A DNA stretch of 63,576 nt, filler included, from Folioceros fuciformis (GCA_049999805.1; 13 parts of 13 records of this genome joined end to end with filler, not necessarily neighbours in it), one strand, 5' to 3'. Numbered from the whole stretch's first letter, positions 1 through 13,888 are shown. The notes: generated by a model not told the origin, from the letters alone. A program made the numbers and translations.

Positions 1-996
1 TCCTGGAAACTGTTCTGGTATTCTGTCCACACAAGAAGTCTACAACTAAGTGGCCCTTACCACCCTTTTGTTTTGTGACTGTTCCAGGTCTGTAGCCACC
101 CTGCTTAGAAAAACGAAATTCGGGTTAGTGTCAGGTACATGGTCTGTCCAGAGGATGAAGTTTATTTCACTGATTCAATTGTGGACAAAGCATACAGTAT
201 GTTTAGCATAGAACTCACCTTATGCAACTTCTTCCCGCACAGAGGACACAGTCGGCTACTGTAGGTGCACACACAACAGTCTCTGCCTGCACGTCTGGTT
301 CTGCTTGCCTTGATGCTGTTACAGACCTTGTTTGCAGTACCAACAGCTCGTGCAACAGATTCTTCAACCAGAGCCGCCTGCTGCCTAGCCACCTCGACTC
401 TCTTCACATCCAGGAGTTTTTTCCATTTCGTCCAGTGTAGCGAAGACAGCCTCAACCTGGTCAGCTAGCACGGGAGTAGTGGGAGAACCTTTGTGAGATC
501 GATGATGAAAAGTGCTCTCCATCTCTTCCCCCATGGGGTTTGCAGGTTGATCAAGATCTGTCAAGCTAGGCCTAGATGACATCGAGGAGTCAAAAGCCGT
601 CAGTTTGGGCAAAAAAGCTGCCAGGAGTGCAAGAAGGTAGAGCTAGTGGTAGCGCCACTTCGTCTGTCGCAGGCGTAGCAGCTGCTGTGGTGCCTCCAGC
701 TTCATGGCATCCTCCTGCCTCACTTCTGTCGGCGCAACTACGGCTCGTCTTCACCATCTTTTGGGGTCTTGTGGCTAAGGTCGGCGCAAACTCTAGATGA
801 GTTTTCTCTTAGCGTTCCCGCCTTTATGCATATGGCGTCTCCCTTTCTCACGAGACGCATGCACGAGAGGAACGCGGGCAGGAGCTCCATGTGGTGGACC
901 TTATCACTCATGGATAGCGGTGGTAGTGTGTCTATATGATTGATATATGTGTGAGTATATGTGCGAATAAGTAACCCTCGTGTGGGTTAGTGGGAG

Positions 997-1310
997 TGTT
1001 GGGGAATTAAACCCAACACGAGTCTTACTCAAGATAGGTAGCTTGAGGGTTAACCTATCTAACTCAAAAGACACATACAATTTGTGTATAAAAGGACATC
1101 TGTTCATTTTTATATATCACATTACTTTTACAAGTCTTGCTTCTAGTCTTAGATGCTCTAGTCAAGTAGAAGATATAATTGTCAGCCTCATGATATTTCT
1201 CATGCACTCCACACTCCACCGACGACAACATAGCAGATGTCCTGACCAAGTCCTTGCCTAAGTTCAAACATTGTTTTCACAAAGAAGGGCTTGGTTTGGT
1301 GGAATGTAAT
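997..1310 (+). mobile_element. Fragmentary Ty1/copia remnants: PPT and LTR start, plus RNase H C-terminus
   Basis: AGTGGGAG|TGTTGG (PPT followed by an LTR start) at 989-1002. ~1218-1310 translates TDDNIADVLTKSLPKFKHCFHKEGLGL*, containing the copia RNase H ADxLTK motif. Confidence 0.55.
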
Positions 1311-2859
1311 AGATACATGACACTAGACAAATCTCTTATATGGTAGGGCCTTTCACTACACAAATATTCCGTCACTTAGGTTGATGATACAAAGCAGTTG
1401 GCATGCTTCTCTTTTGGTCACTGGAGTGGTGTTCTACTTTGTCCGATCCTGTAGACTACAGGCTTTACAAGAGTGAGGACTACCGACTCTAGGTGATAGC
1501 CATTTTCAAGATGTTTAAAGCTTGGCATCAACAGTAGTGATCTCTGTTTGTACTTAGGAGCTCTCTTCTAATAGCAATCAGCACATGTCTAAGAGGGAGA
1601 GTTGGAATATAAGGCAAACCACGTGGTTCTGTATTACGTTGGTTAGCCTAACTAGACCTAATTATAAGTGTAGTTAGTTAATTGGTAGGTTAGTCAAAGG
1701 GCACACCCCTTCGTAAACTGCTACTTAAGGCCTACCTTTGTATCCACCTATTCAATTTGCTAATAGATCATTTTTCAATGCATCTGCTTCCGTGTTAGCA
1801 ATTCTAACTCTACACCCAACACCTTTCCCCACAAGTCTTCTCACAACACCTTCCACACGATCCAACTCCGCGTTTCCCTACGTTCAACACTCCCAACCAG
1901 ACATCACAAGAACCTTTGCGATCGGCAACAGAAAGGGCACTTGCAGCTCCCCCTTCCGCCAGGATGTCCACGCAGGCTTACAAAATTTGGTTCACTATTC
2001 ATCACGAAACACTTACAATCCAAAAAATGGCCCGTTTGCTCAAGTCCTTTGTTCTACTTATATAGGATGGCAGACGGCTTCCTACCTACCACGAGTCGCC
2101 GTCAGCTTTAACTACGCACACCTACCACGAGTCTAAGACCTACCAATAGTTGGTAGGGCAGTGCGTGCCGCTGAAGATTAGGATTGTCGGCGCTGCCATA
2201 GAAGATTCGTTGACCCTCTCTCCAAAAAGGTGTGGCTAGGACTGCTCCTGAAGGGAGGCAGAGTCGAAAGGTTGAGCTACTGGCCCCCCCTCCATTATTG
2301 AGATTCATCTTCTTTTGGATCCACGAACTTCCACCATACCTTCCTCTATGTGGATCTCTTGGGATATCCCTTCACCACCACCTACAGGTTTGGTAGGGAA
2401 GGGATCCACTTGTTCTTCAACTTGAGGTTCCTTCCCTACGTAGGGTGAGGATGTCCCCTTCGTAGGTAGGGTCTCTTTTGCTCCCTTTGTAGGTAGGTTC
2501 CCTACCATTCACACCCATTGTCGTAGGTAGACAGCCTACCCCATTGCCGTAGGTGGGGAGTCTACCGGATAAGTACCTTCCCTACCTACGTAGGTATCTT
2601 CTATTTTCCCCACATAGGTACTCTCTCTACATATGTAGGTAGACATCCTACTACGTAGATATCTTCTTATCCTAAGCTACCAAAATAGAACTAAAAAAAT
2701 CCATAAAAACCTTCACCAGCCGCTCACTACCTACCATGGGCACTTGCCCAAAAACCTACCTTCCACATTCCTCCCTTCAAACTGTTTTGAACAAAAAGAA
2801 ACCAAGTTAGACTTTCCTAGAATGATTACCAAACTTTTTCGTTCCACAACCTCGACCAC

Positions 2860-5800
2860 AAAGAATACTCAGCATTGGTTCATTGATTTGGGAGCTACTG
2901 CTCACGTATGCAACAATGTACAGATGTTCTCCTCCTTCCACGAACAGAAAACTCCTCAGTCAGTTTTTGTGGGTGATTCGAGAGGTATTGAGGTAAAAGG
3001 GACAGGTGTAGTTGACATACCTCTTCTTGATGGGTCAACCTTGCATCTTTAGGATGTCCTATATGTCCCAGCCATGAGCAGAAATTTGTTGTCCATTAGA
3101 GCCCTTTCTCAAAGTAACCTGTATGGTTTTCGCTTTGAAGATAGTAAGTGCTACTTGTATTCTCTCACATGTCTAGAGAGGCCTATTGCCAAGGCTGTCT
3201 TAGTACATGATCTATATCAACTGGTCATAGTGTCTAAGTCACGTACTAGAGCTCTGCTTGTTGCTTACAATGAGAAGGCTAACCTTTGGCATGTTGGGTT
3301 GGTCCATGTGAACAAGTCAAAGTTGGATCTCATGTTGAACTCCACCTTCTATAGAGAAGCTTCCTAGCTGCTTTAAGAATCTTGCAGCTTGCACGTCATG
3401 TATCTTGTCTAAACAAAAAGAATAGCCTTTCAAGAACAAGCAACCTACTAGGGCTACTGCTATTCTTGAGCTAGTGCACGCTGACATTGCTGGGAAGCTG
3501 CCACTGAAGTCCTTAGGCAGTGCTGAGTACTATTTGTCTATGATGGACAATTTCTCCTGCTTATACCTGGACTTTTCCTATCAAGTTGAAGAGTGATGTA
3601 TTTGAACACATCTTTGCTTGGATCCCTATGGTTCAGAGACAAATTGGATGGCTTGTAAGGTGTTTTTGAACTGATAACGGAGGGAATTCACTGGCCATTG
3701 GTTTGATGATCTCTTCCAGCAACATGGCATTCTACGTCAACTGTTAGTGCAATATACACAACAACAAAATGGCGTTGTTGAATGCATAAATCAAACTTTG
3801 ATGGGCATGACACGTAGCATGATCTCATGGGCTTCCTTACCAAAAATGTTCTTGGCAGAGGCTGTAGTGATAGCCACATACATTCGGAATCAAATTGTTA
3901 CCTCTACTCTGCCTGGTTGCACTCCTTATGAAGCTTTTTGGGGACGAAATCCTAGTTTGCTGCACTTGCGGGTCTTTGGGTCACTTGCCTTTGCCTTTGT
4001 TCCTGAAGACAAGAGGGGGAAATTAGATGATAGGTCTAGACCCTCTATATTTGTTGGCTACTCAAAGGAATCCAAAGCCTATAAGCTGTATGACCCTAAG
4101 ACCTCAAAAATCACACTAGCACGTAGTGTTACCTTTAAGGAACTGTTGACTCCTTAGTCACACTTGTTGCCTAACTCTCTCCTTGAGAATACACCTGCTA
4201 ACACCATTTGTTTCGAGTTCATGCCTGGCTCTACTAAGTTCACACATGAATATCCACAATCAGATGGTGATATCCCTACTTTGTTAGACCATGTAGTAGT
4301 TGATGCCTTTTTACAGCCACATAATGCACAGCCTGGCCCACCTGTAGTACCTATTGCTGGTGCACTTCCTGTAGATCCAGATCCTATGGATGTTGCTATT
4401 TATGAGGGGGATATAGGACCTCACCTTGTTGGTCATTTTTCAGATAATGATGAGCAACCATGTGCTTTCGATGACTTGGACAACAATGAAGCCAACAGTG
4501 ATGTTGTGCTCTCAGATCATAATGAACCTACTGTTGCAGATCCTCCTCCTTGCTATCCTACAACAGAGAGAAGGCCACGAGAGTCGTGGCTGGAGCCTCC
4601 TTATCAATCTAAAGACTTCAAGAGACATGCTGTAGCTAATGTAATAGACTTACAAGTACTAGATGTCAGGCTTGATCCTCGTACGTTCGATGAAGCACTG
4701 AATGGTCTTGATGGGGCTCATTGGTGCATGTCTATCAATGACGAGTACAATAGTCTTCTTAAAAATCAGACTTGGGAGCTAGCAGATCTGCCACATGGCA
4801 GGAAACCCATTACATGTAAGTGGGTATTTAAGACTAAACTGAAATCAGATGGGACTATTGCAAGATACAAAAGCAGACTGGTGCAAGAGGATTCTCACAG
4901 ATTCCTGGTATAGATTATGGAGAGACTTTCTCACCTGTTGTGAAGCCTCTATCTGTCAGAATCTTGCTTGCACTTGCTGCTGAGTTTGATCTTGAGCTTC
5001 ATCAGATGGATGTATGAACGGCCTTCTTACATGGAGAACTAGAGGAGGTTCTCTACATGAACCAACCAGAAGGGTTTGTTAGTAAGAAGTGNNNNNNNNN
5101 NGTAACAACATGTCACAGATGGACAAGGTTAAGGATCTTCTGAGAAGCGAGTTTGAGATGACAGACCAGGGTGCTCTTCAATTCTACTTGGGTATCCAGA
5201 TACTTAGAAACATGCAGGATGGGACAATTGTCCTTCACCAAACAAAGTATCTCAAGGAAATATTAAAACGATTTCACTTGGATGAAGCTCGTCCTATGAC
5301 TACACCTTCAATTGTGGGTGAGAAGCTTACAGTTGAGATTTCTCCCCAGTCTACAAAGGAGGAAAGGGATATGGCTATTGTCCCTTATGCTGAGGCAGTT
5401 GGATGTCTCATTTTTCTAGCAAACTGGACTAGACCATATATCAACTTCTCTGTTAGTTTGGTAGCTCAATTTATCAAGACCCCTGGTCGAGTCCACTGGG
5501 CTGCAGTTAAAAGGATCTATCGCTATCTAAAGGGAACCATCAACTTAGGCCTGCACTATACTGATAGTGGCAAGAAGAGTTTTGTGTTGACTGCCCTAGC
5601 TGATATTGATTGGGCATCATATTCAAACACCGCAAGAGTCTGTCTGCCTATGTATGCTTGTTAGCCTTAGGTGTAGTCAATTGGTCATGTAAGAAGCAGT
5701 CTTCCTTAGCACTGTCATCTACTAAGGCTGAATACAAGGCCCTAATAGATGCCTACAAGGAGCTTGAGTAGGAGAGATAGTTTCTAGAGTCTATTTTTAT

Positions 5801-6080
5801 GACACAGACTTTTGCAACTCAATTGCTATGCGGTAATATGTCTGTTATAGCCCTAGTAGCTAATCCACGATTCCACACAAGGATGAAGCACATAGAGCTC
5901 TATCACCACTACATAAGGTATGTGGTAGAGAGAGGTGGGGCCAAGGTGGATTATGTAAACACAAATGAAAATACAGCAAACCTGTTGACTAAGGGGCTTG
6001 CTGAAGTCAAGCACTACAAGCAACTTGCCTCCATGGGCCTCAGGGTGTTTACTATGCCTACACAAAGTAGCACACAATAG
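2860..6080 (+). mobile_element. Degenerate Ty1/copia pol (protease-integrase-RT-RNase H) with many stops and frameshifts
   Basis: Protease WFIDLGATAHVCN; integrase QQNGVVECINQTL and LRVFGSLAF; RT KPITCKWVFKTK and FEMTDQGALQFYLGI; RNase H ANPRFHTRMKHIEL and ANLLTKGL. Domain order is copia-type. Confidence 0.93.
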
Positions 6081-6899
6081 GGTGTGCTTTGTTGACAGGA
6101 AGCAGCTACACATGGCTGACTACACGTCTATCTATCGTGTCAAGCACACTGTGGTAGCAAAACCCCGAGCACTGTTTTCCAACGGGTTCAACCTTTAGCG
6201 GCCACACTTATCCCACTGTCGTTGAGACATTGGGTTTCATTCCCACGAAGGAGCGATGGGATTCCTAGCTGCTTTAGATGGAGGGTCGGACTCAATTGAC
6301 TCGATGACGAATTCGAGGGCTCCCCTCCAGCTCTGATAAGGCGTGGGACAGTCCTCGCTGTCCAGCAGTAAACTGCACCTCTCTCGGTGCCCACAAACTC
6401 ACTCCAATCACTACAACAACACTAACCTCTCAGATCTGCAACTTTCCTCACTCACTTCACTCACTCCAGCACTAGCAACCAGCAATCAGCAACGCCACCA
6501 CTACTTCCTACACGTCCCTACTGACTCCCCGTACCCGGCAAGAGTCACTAGACTAACCCCAAATAAAAGCATGCCACCACCCACGATCCTACCAGACACC
6601 ATGCAAGCACGGTCGGCACTCACTCCAGCTCTATGAGGAAACGAAAATGACAGATCATGGGGACACAACATGGAGAGCACGATCAAGAATTAAAAGGGAC
6701 CCTGCCCTTAACCCTGGCCACCACTTCTCAAAGCTTTACCAGACACTGTTGTATCCAAAAAGGGACAGCCTGATGTTGAAATAGCACCACAGGCTTAGAA
6801 GGACTCCACAGTTCCTTACTTATGGTGCACAGGATGCTACATATATAGCCTTTAGGCGGGGCAACCCTCGATAAGGTAAGCCTTAGTCTTGAGGGTGCA

Positions 6900-7947
6900 A
6901 TATCCTAGTATATCCTAATATATCCTGATAACACTTAGGTGATAGATAACTATGAGTTCAATATGGGATAATCTACACTATCCTAAGTGTTGTATGCTCT
7001 TAATAACAATTCAGTTAGAGCTTGATTTCTAACACTCCCCCTCAAGCTCAGACTATTTGTAACACTCCAAGTAGTTCACGAAAGTGTAAGAACTTATCTC
7101 TACCTAGCGACTTAGTAAAGATATTGCTACCTGGTCTTTGGTCTTCACGTGCCGAAGATCTATCTTCTCAGATAATACCGCTTCCTTGATGAAATGATAA
7201 TGTACTTCTATGTGCTTCGAATGAGCATGAAACACAATATTAGTAGCCAACCTCATGCTACTCATGTTGTCACAGTATATTGTAACCTTGCTGTTCACTA
7301 TATTTCCAAGATCATGTAGCAACTTCTGCAACCAAGCTGCTTCACAAGCTGCCATTGCAGCTCCTTGATACTCTGCTTCTGTGCTTGACAAAGCAACTGT
7401 CGGTTGTTTCTTGCTTTGCCAGTTGATCATACTACTTCCCAGACTGAATGCATATCCACTGGTTGATCTTCTATCATACGCACAACCAGCCCAATCAGCA
7501 TCTGTATATCCTGTCAGTTCAAGATGCTTCCTATGCTCATAGAGCAATCCAAACTCAGTAGTTCCTTTCACATATCTCATGATTCTTCTAACTGCATCCA
7601 AGTGCGGTTTCCTTGGGTTCTGCATGAATTGACTAATCAGTCCCACTGCATAACTTAAGTCAGGACGTGTGATAGTCAAGTAGATCAAACTTCCGACCAT
7701 CTGTCGATACATAGTCACATTTTCCAGCTCAGCTCCTACATCCATTTGCAGCTTGACGTTTTGCTCCAATGGTGTATCCATCGCTTTGCAATCTGCCATG
7801 CCATACTTCTGCAACATATCCTTAGCATATTGTTTTTGGAATAGCCAGATTCCTTGAGGTGTAGACACAACCTCAATTCCTAAGAAGTATCTGAGTTTAC
7901 CAAGATCCTTCACCTTGAACTCTTTTTGTAGATTCGCCTTGACATCT
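6900..7947 (-). mobile_element. Ty1/copia RT C-terminus and RNase H, PPT and start of the 3' LTR
   Basis: ORF 7104-7961 has KDLGKLRYFLGIEV, GYTDADWAGC, IYCDN and HSKHIEVHYHF. On the minus strand TGAGGGGGAG|TGTTAG starts the LTR at 7034. The element is cut at 7947 by a gypsy LTR. Confidence 0.92.
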
Positions 7948-8782
7948 TGTGGACTCCACATGCTGAATAGGTTCTTGGAAAATGGTAGGATTTCTCTTTT
8001 TGGGAATCTCTAAATGAACCCTGTAGTGAAATGGTTAAAAGATTAGGTTAGATTAGTAGCTAGATTAATGGTGAGGCGAGACACGTCTTTGAAGGGTTGC
8101 TGGAATGATTTGAGAAAAGGGATGGAATGATTTGAGAGAGGAGGGAGAGTGTTGAGAGCCACTGACCATTTTGGTAGTCTTGAGAGGTTGGTCAATTTTG
8201 GTAAGGGCACCCAATGGTGTCCATGGCACACAACCCCTATTAGGTCAGAACTAGGTTTGGGTCAAAGTTAGGATTAGGTCAGAGTTAGGTTTAGGTCAGA
8301 ATTAGGGCCGGCTTAGGTCAGAGAGAGATTGCTGGGTGGTTGACTGAGGCCAACCCTAATAGATAGAGATGGAGGTTTGGGCCAAGGTAGTATAAGAGAC
8401 TAGACCTGCCATTGAGGAGGGGGCTGTCTTCGGTGTGATTTCCCTGGACCTTGGGTGCAGAACTCCTGGCTTAGGGCACTGAGCTGGTTGAGACTAAACC
8501 AAGGTCCTAATTTCCCTTGCCACTAGGGGAATGTGGAGGATCCCAAGACTGCCAAGATTCGTGTGTCCGGATCCGCAATGGCTGACCACCTTGCATGCTG
8601 GGTGAGGTGAGTTTGCAGGGCCGTGAGCCAAGGAGGCTACCCAGCCCTAGGCCTCGCCTCTGCCTTGAAGGCTGCAAGAGGGAAGGCTGTTGTGTTCCAA
8701 ATTGCAGGAGAGAAGGGTTGAGTTGCAGATTTTGGAAGTGGAAGTGTTGAAGTGAGGAGTTGAGCTGAAGTGAGGGGCTGGA
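7948..8782 (+). mobile_element. Gypsy (Athila-like) LTR inserted into a copia RT
   Basis: Begins TGTGGACTCCACA. Nearly identical to 61525-62074, which directly follows the PPT of the gypsy integrase. Confidence 0.9.
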
Positions 8783-8826
8783 NNNNNNNNNNNNNNNNNN
8801 NNNNNNNNNNNNNNNNNNNNNNNNNN

Positions 8827-8838
8827 TTAATTAATTAA
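8827..8838. other. Artificial contig-joining spacer (first of 12)
   Basis: TTAATTAATTAA (stops in all six frames) flanked by N runs. Recurs at 12598, 25583, 28890, 31164, 33134, 36400, 45237, 47260, 55487, 59908 and 62119. Confidence 0.98.
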
Positions 8839-8882
8839 NNNNNNNNNNNNNNNNNNNNNNNNNNNNNNNNNNNNNNNNNNNN

Positions 8883-10153
8883 TTGTGGTATGAAGGGAGA
8901 GCGGATCAAATTTGGGCATAAAAGGCTGCAGGGCCTCGAATTAGGACTAGCAAAAAAGGTGAGGAGTGCGTGATTTACATTTGTATGTAGAAGGGAATCT
9001 GATTGATTGCAATATGCAATCAATCAGATTTGTGACTCTATGCAATCCAATTGAATTCTTAAGTACTTAGGAGGTGTGGCAGGTAGGCTGGCTAGGGAGG
9101 AAGCGGTGTACGTGCATCCGTGTGAGTGAGAGATGGGCTTGATCGCGGCGGCCGTGGCTGGAATGCTGATAGGTGTGCTGGTAGTTGGCGTAGTCCACCG
9201 GCGGCGGAGTCGCCCGTCGTGGATTTGCTTCTCTACTATGTTGATGAAAGATCTCCCTTCAGGAGTGGGAGCGCGGTGTATTGAAGTGAAAGTCACGGAG
9301 GTGCGTCGCCTTTCCATGTTTTCCTGATTAGGATCTCTAGTCCGCTGGATTCTCCAATTGCTGCTGACCCATCCTTGTGAAGTGTGNNNNNNNNNNNNNN
9401 NNNNNNNNNNNNNNNNNNNNNNNNNNNNNNNNNNNNNNNNNNNNNNNNNNNNNNNNNNNNNNNNNNNNNNNNNNNNNNNNNNNNNNTCTGATTGATTGCA
9501 ATATGCAGGGCCGAGTTGTGACTCTATGCAATCCAATTGAATTCTCAAGTACTTAGGTGTGGCAGGTAGGCTGGCTAGGGAGGAAGCGGTGTACGTGCAT
9601 CCGTGTGAGTGAGAGATGGGCTTGATCGCGGCGGCCGTGGCTGGAATGCTGATAGGTGTGCTGGTAGTTGGCGTAGTCCACCGGCGGCGGAGTCGCTCGT
9701 TGTGGATTTGCTTCTCTGCTATGTTGATGAAAGATCTCCCTTCAGGAGTGGGAACGCGGTGTATTGAAGTGAAAGTCACGGAGGTGCGTCGCCCTTCCAT
9801 GTTTTCCTGATTAGGATCTCTAGTCCGCTGGATTCTCCAATTGCTGCTGACCCATCCTTGTGAAGTGTGCAACGCTAGTGACGGGAAGCAGCAGCGAAGC
9901 CATGAGGGGATGGAGCCTGGGGCTCTGATACCATGTAGCGGGACAAGAATCCCTTGGAATTGATGATTCGAGCATTAATGATACGATTTAAATACAAAGT
10001 GTATTTAGTTATAACGACAATTGATCAATTAGTAACTTGAGTAACCTACTTAACTGTTCGACCTGCTAAGCTGTGTTTAACTAGTGAGTTTATGAAACTG
10101 CCCTAATTCGGTAACGGGTATCAGGCTGTGCTTAAACCTAGTTTTCTCCAACA
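8883..10153 (-). mobile_element. 5' end of an LTR retroelement: ~220-bp LTR, tRNA-Met PBS and degenerate internal region
   Basis: GCTCTGATACCA at 9922-9933 is the reverse complement of the PBS TGGTATCAGAGC. The adjacent LTR (9934-10153) reads TGTTGG...CTACA on the minus strand. Confidence 0.8.
9001..9869. repeat. ~385-bp near-identical direct repeat on both sides of an N gap
   Basis: 9001-9386 matches 9488-9869 with a few substitutions and indels. Confidence 0.9.
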
Positions 10154-10519
10154 CGTTTCATATTCCTGGAGAAGCCCGCCATTGACATACTGGCAGCTCT
10201 TCCCACACACTCGGGTGGAGGAGGTGAAGGTCAGACTGCACGCCGAGGTTTCGAAGGATATGCATTGAGCTTGTGATGGGGACATTTGCCATGGTGGCAG
10301 GATAGAAGACAGCAGGCTCTTGTTTGAGTTTTTCTTGCACCTCCGATCTCTTGGTTTCGCATCACCATGTCCAAGGATCAGTACCCAACATCACCCAACA
10401 TCAGTTACAAAGACTGCATCGCTTTATGGGTTGGGTGAAAGTACTCGTCATGATGGCCTTCGACTAACCTCATGGCAGAACCTGCCTTGTGGGCTGTGAA
10501 AGGGATCTTTCTACACAAC

Positions 10520-12213
10520 CTGCGCGTGGCCATCTCCAGCCTTGGTGAAAGCTGGGAGGTCAGTGGAAATATGCCATCCCATTCCCGTCTTCAAGATATG
10601 GACGGGAATGGCTTGCTACGGTTTCTACGACCCCATGCACTCAAGTCCCTCGAGAAGCTATTCACTTGTAAGACGTACGTGGCCCAAGCAGGGATTCGCT
10701 CCAGAGGCCCTCCAGGCGTTTGAAGAAACAGCCGTAGTTTACTCTTATGAGCGACAGTAGGTATATACTTCCTCTCCCATGCTTTACGGCCACTTCGTAG
10801 GTATTTCCAATAATCTGGAGGAGGGGTTTTTCGCTCCGCTCGGGCCCGGTCAACAGGGTCATCTACACAGGTCGGTTCAACATTTCTCCCATCATCTACT
10901 ACATCGATCGGAGGCAACTGTCCCTCAATGACAGGCTGGCTTGCTCTCCATGCTTCATATCTTGCTCGAGCACTGGGGATGTAGTCAGGAAAGTCGTCAG
11001 AACCATCCTCCTCCTCTGTGTCTGTGGACTCTTCCCGATAAATGGGATTGGGATTGTCTTAAAAAATCTTCCTATGTAGTTCCAGCCACTTAACCATGGG
11101 ATCACCCATATACTCATCTTCACCAGGCTCCCAATATTGCTTGTCAGCCTCGTCAAAAATTGCATCCCAGTCAGGGTTCTCATCACCTAAGTCATAATCC
11201 TAATCGTAACTGTACTCGTTTACTATAAGATCTGGCTTTTCTCCTTCACGAAGCTTGTCTTCAATTACAAGTCTCCAACAGCCATTATCATCATGTCGAA
11301 GATATCCCTCCCCTGAATACACTTTACTGGGTTCCCAGTTGTTGAAATCCCCAACAATAGAACAAAAACGAGAAGCTGCAACCATGATGGCTGAGTCAGG
11401 CAGGGTACTGACAAAGCATGCGTCAGAAGCACAAGACATGGAATGGTTTGAATAGCCACTGTTTGGCAATGGAGACTTCAAGGGACCTGCAGGACTGATT
11501 CTACACCAAGATATAGGATGCAGCTACTACAAAATGGATGCATGCACTTGTTCACCAGAAGTGAAAACGAAGAGAACAAATTTTACCTGGAGCCCATTCA
11601 ATAAGCTCAACAGCATGAAAGGGAGTTCGATGGAGACCCATATCCTCATGTCTGCGATGCATACTAGCGGGTCAATCCCCCCTTCCCAACCCTCACCACT
11701 GTGGACCATCAAAGGAGGTACACAAAGCGTCACGTACGCTGATGCGAAGGCAAGAAGATTGTCATCCTGCTCAGCTATCAGCATTCTCAAGTCCTTCAAA
11801 GCTTTGTACCTGGACAACAATTGCAGCGGCTTAGGAGAAAATTTTCCCCTTTTCCTATGCTATGTCTGCTTCAAATTCCAAGTCCTGAACCAACCGCAGT
11901 TTTCACCTCCAGCTACTTTCGTTTCATGTTTACTAAAACAATACGCCATACAGAGCTTGAGAGAGTAGTACCTTTCACGCAAATACTGCGGGAAGGCTTT
12001 CGAGGTGAGATTCTTCTCCTTAAAAAACCCAACTGGATCCGGGCCCAAGTTACTGGGAGCCGGGACTCTTTGATCAGATGCAATCCCTGTCTTCCCCACT
12101 GCAAAGCACTTGACACTGCGACGTCCCTTGGTGGGGTAGCAATGAGCTTCAACATGGTGTCTCGGGGAGACCGCATGTCTAGCAGTTGGCCTGGCTGGAG
12201 GCATCCCGTCCAT
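10520..12213 (-). pseudogene. SBE3: Starch branching enzyme class III (BE1/SBE3-like), 5' half, with introns and premature stops
   Basis: Exons translate DPVGFF...QYLRERYKALKDL, ELIEWAPG, SIVGDFNNW, EDKLREGEKPD, YWEPGED, GRKAWERKYIP and TPGGPLERIPAWATYV, matching the plant SBE3 N-terminus. Stops at ~11200, ~11060 and ~10560. No catalytic core is seen. Confidence 0.88.
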
Positions 12214-12653
12214 TTTTCCATGTGACCAGTTAACTCATCAACTCCACGGTTTGGTTTGGATACTGCATCAAGTCAGTTCCTTCAAATCCTACCATGACGC
12301 ACCGACGTAAGGGGTACACCCAAATATCTGAGGGTTACTGGTAAAGCAGATGGCATCAGCCTTACAACATTGTGCTATTCCCACCATTCCGCAGTGCCCT
12401 CCTACCCTCCTCCAGGAATCTAGCCATGGCCTCGAGTGTATGCATTCGCTTGCCCCACGTTCAGGAGTTTTCCAATGTTGGGGTAGCTGTTCAACAAGTG
12501 ATCACCATTCAACTGTGAAGCTAACTGCACCAACTCTTCTTGGAACTCTGTCANNNNNNNNNNNNNNNNNNNNNNNNNNNNNNNNNNNNNNNNNNNNTTA
12601 ATTAATTAANNNNNNNNNNNNNNNNNNNNNNNNNNNNNNNNNNNNNNNNNNNN

Positions 12654-13881
12654 ACAGCATTTCTAAATGGGGACTTGGAGGAAGACATTTACATGGAGCA
12701 ACCCCAAGGCTATGTAGTTATGGGCAAGGAGAACATGGTTTGCAAATTGAAGAAAGCTCTTTATGGATTGAAGCAGGCTCCAAGAGCTTGGTATCAAAAG
12801 ATTAACTCATATCTTTTGGAGCAGGGTTTTCGGCAATGCACATCAGATGAGAGCATCTACATTTTTGAGGTCTCCCAAAGTAAGGTAATCTTAGCCATAT
12901 ATGTGGATGATCTTATCTTGTTGAGTCCATCTTTAAGCAGTATTGATAAAGTGAAGGAGATGTTGTCAAAGAAGTTTGAAATGAAGGACTTAGGGAACAT
13001 CAACTATTGTCTTGGAATTGAAGTGTGGAGGGATAGGGCAGCACGTATCATCAGGCTTGGTCAGCAAGGGTATGTTGAGGGATTATTGGAGCGATTTGGA
13101 ATGATGGATTGCAAGCCTATTGGGACCCCTCAAGACTTAGGTGTGAAGTTGTGTAAGGTTGACTACTCATCAAATGATGGGGAGGAGCATGAGATGAGTA
13201 ACATCCCATATAGGGCAGCAGTTGGAAGTTTGATGTATGCCATTGTAGGAACACGTCCAGACATTGCAAAGGCAGTGGGAGTAGTGAGTCAATTTATGCA
13301 AAGCCCTGGAAAGCAACATTGGATTGCGGTGAAAAGGATCATGCGATACTTGAGAGGTACAGTGATATGTGGTTGGAATTCTCGGGTGGAATCAAATGCC
13401 ATAATATTATTGGGTATTGTGACTCCGATTGGGGAAGTGATCTTGATGATAGAAGATCAACTACAGGATATACTTTATTTTAGGAGGAGGTGCCATTACC
13501 TGGAATAGTAAGAAGCAACCCACGGTGGCCATATCGATAGTTGAAGCTGAGTACATGGCATCCACACAAGCCACCAAGGAGGCCGTATGGTTGAGAAAGC
13601 TCATGGAGGAGATTGGTTATGAACAATTGCATCCGACCACTCTTAGGAGCGATAGTCAAGGAAGTATGGCCTTGATCAAGAATCCAGTGCATCATGCAAG
13701 GACAAAGCATATTGACATTCAACATCACTTTGTACGTGAGAAGGTGAAGTTATTGGAGGTTACCTTTGAATATTGCAACACTGAGGAAATGGCTGCAGAT
13801 TTCTTAACCAAGGCAATGAGTAAGTTCAAGTTTGAGAAATGCAGGGGACTACTTGGACTGAAGCAAACTCAAGTGCGCTGA
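12654..13881 (+). mobile_element. Ty1/copia RT-RNase H with frameshifts
   Basis: [29 protein letters not shown] and ADFLTK. Same family as 45293-47177. Confidence 0.95.
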
Positions 13882-13888
13882 GTGGGAG

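Noticed and set aside
1-800. Possible LINE ORF1 or gag N-terminus on the minus strand
   Set aside because: Only short broken frames with no diagnostic motif.
8827-8838. Recurring TTAATTAATTAA palindrome as a regulatory or CRISPR-like repeat
   Set aside because: It is always embedded in fixed N runs and is an artificial six-frame-stop linker.
9001-9869. Tandem duplication as a biological repeat (also 29091-29967 and 49836-49938)
   Set aside because: The copies sit exactly on either side of N gaps and are likely unmerged contig overlaps or haplotypes.
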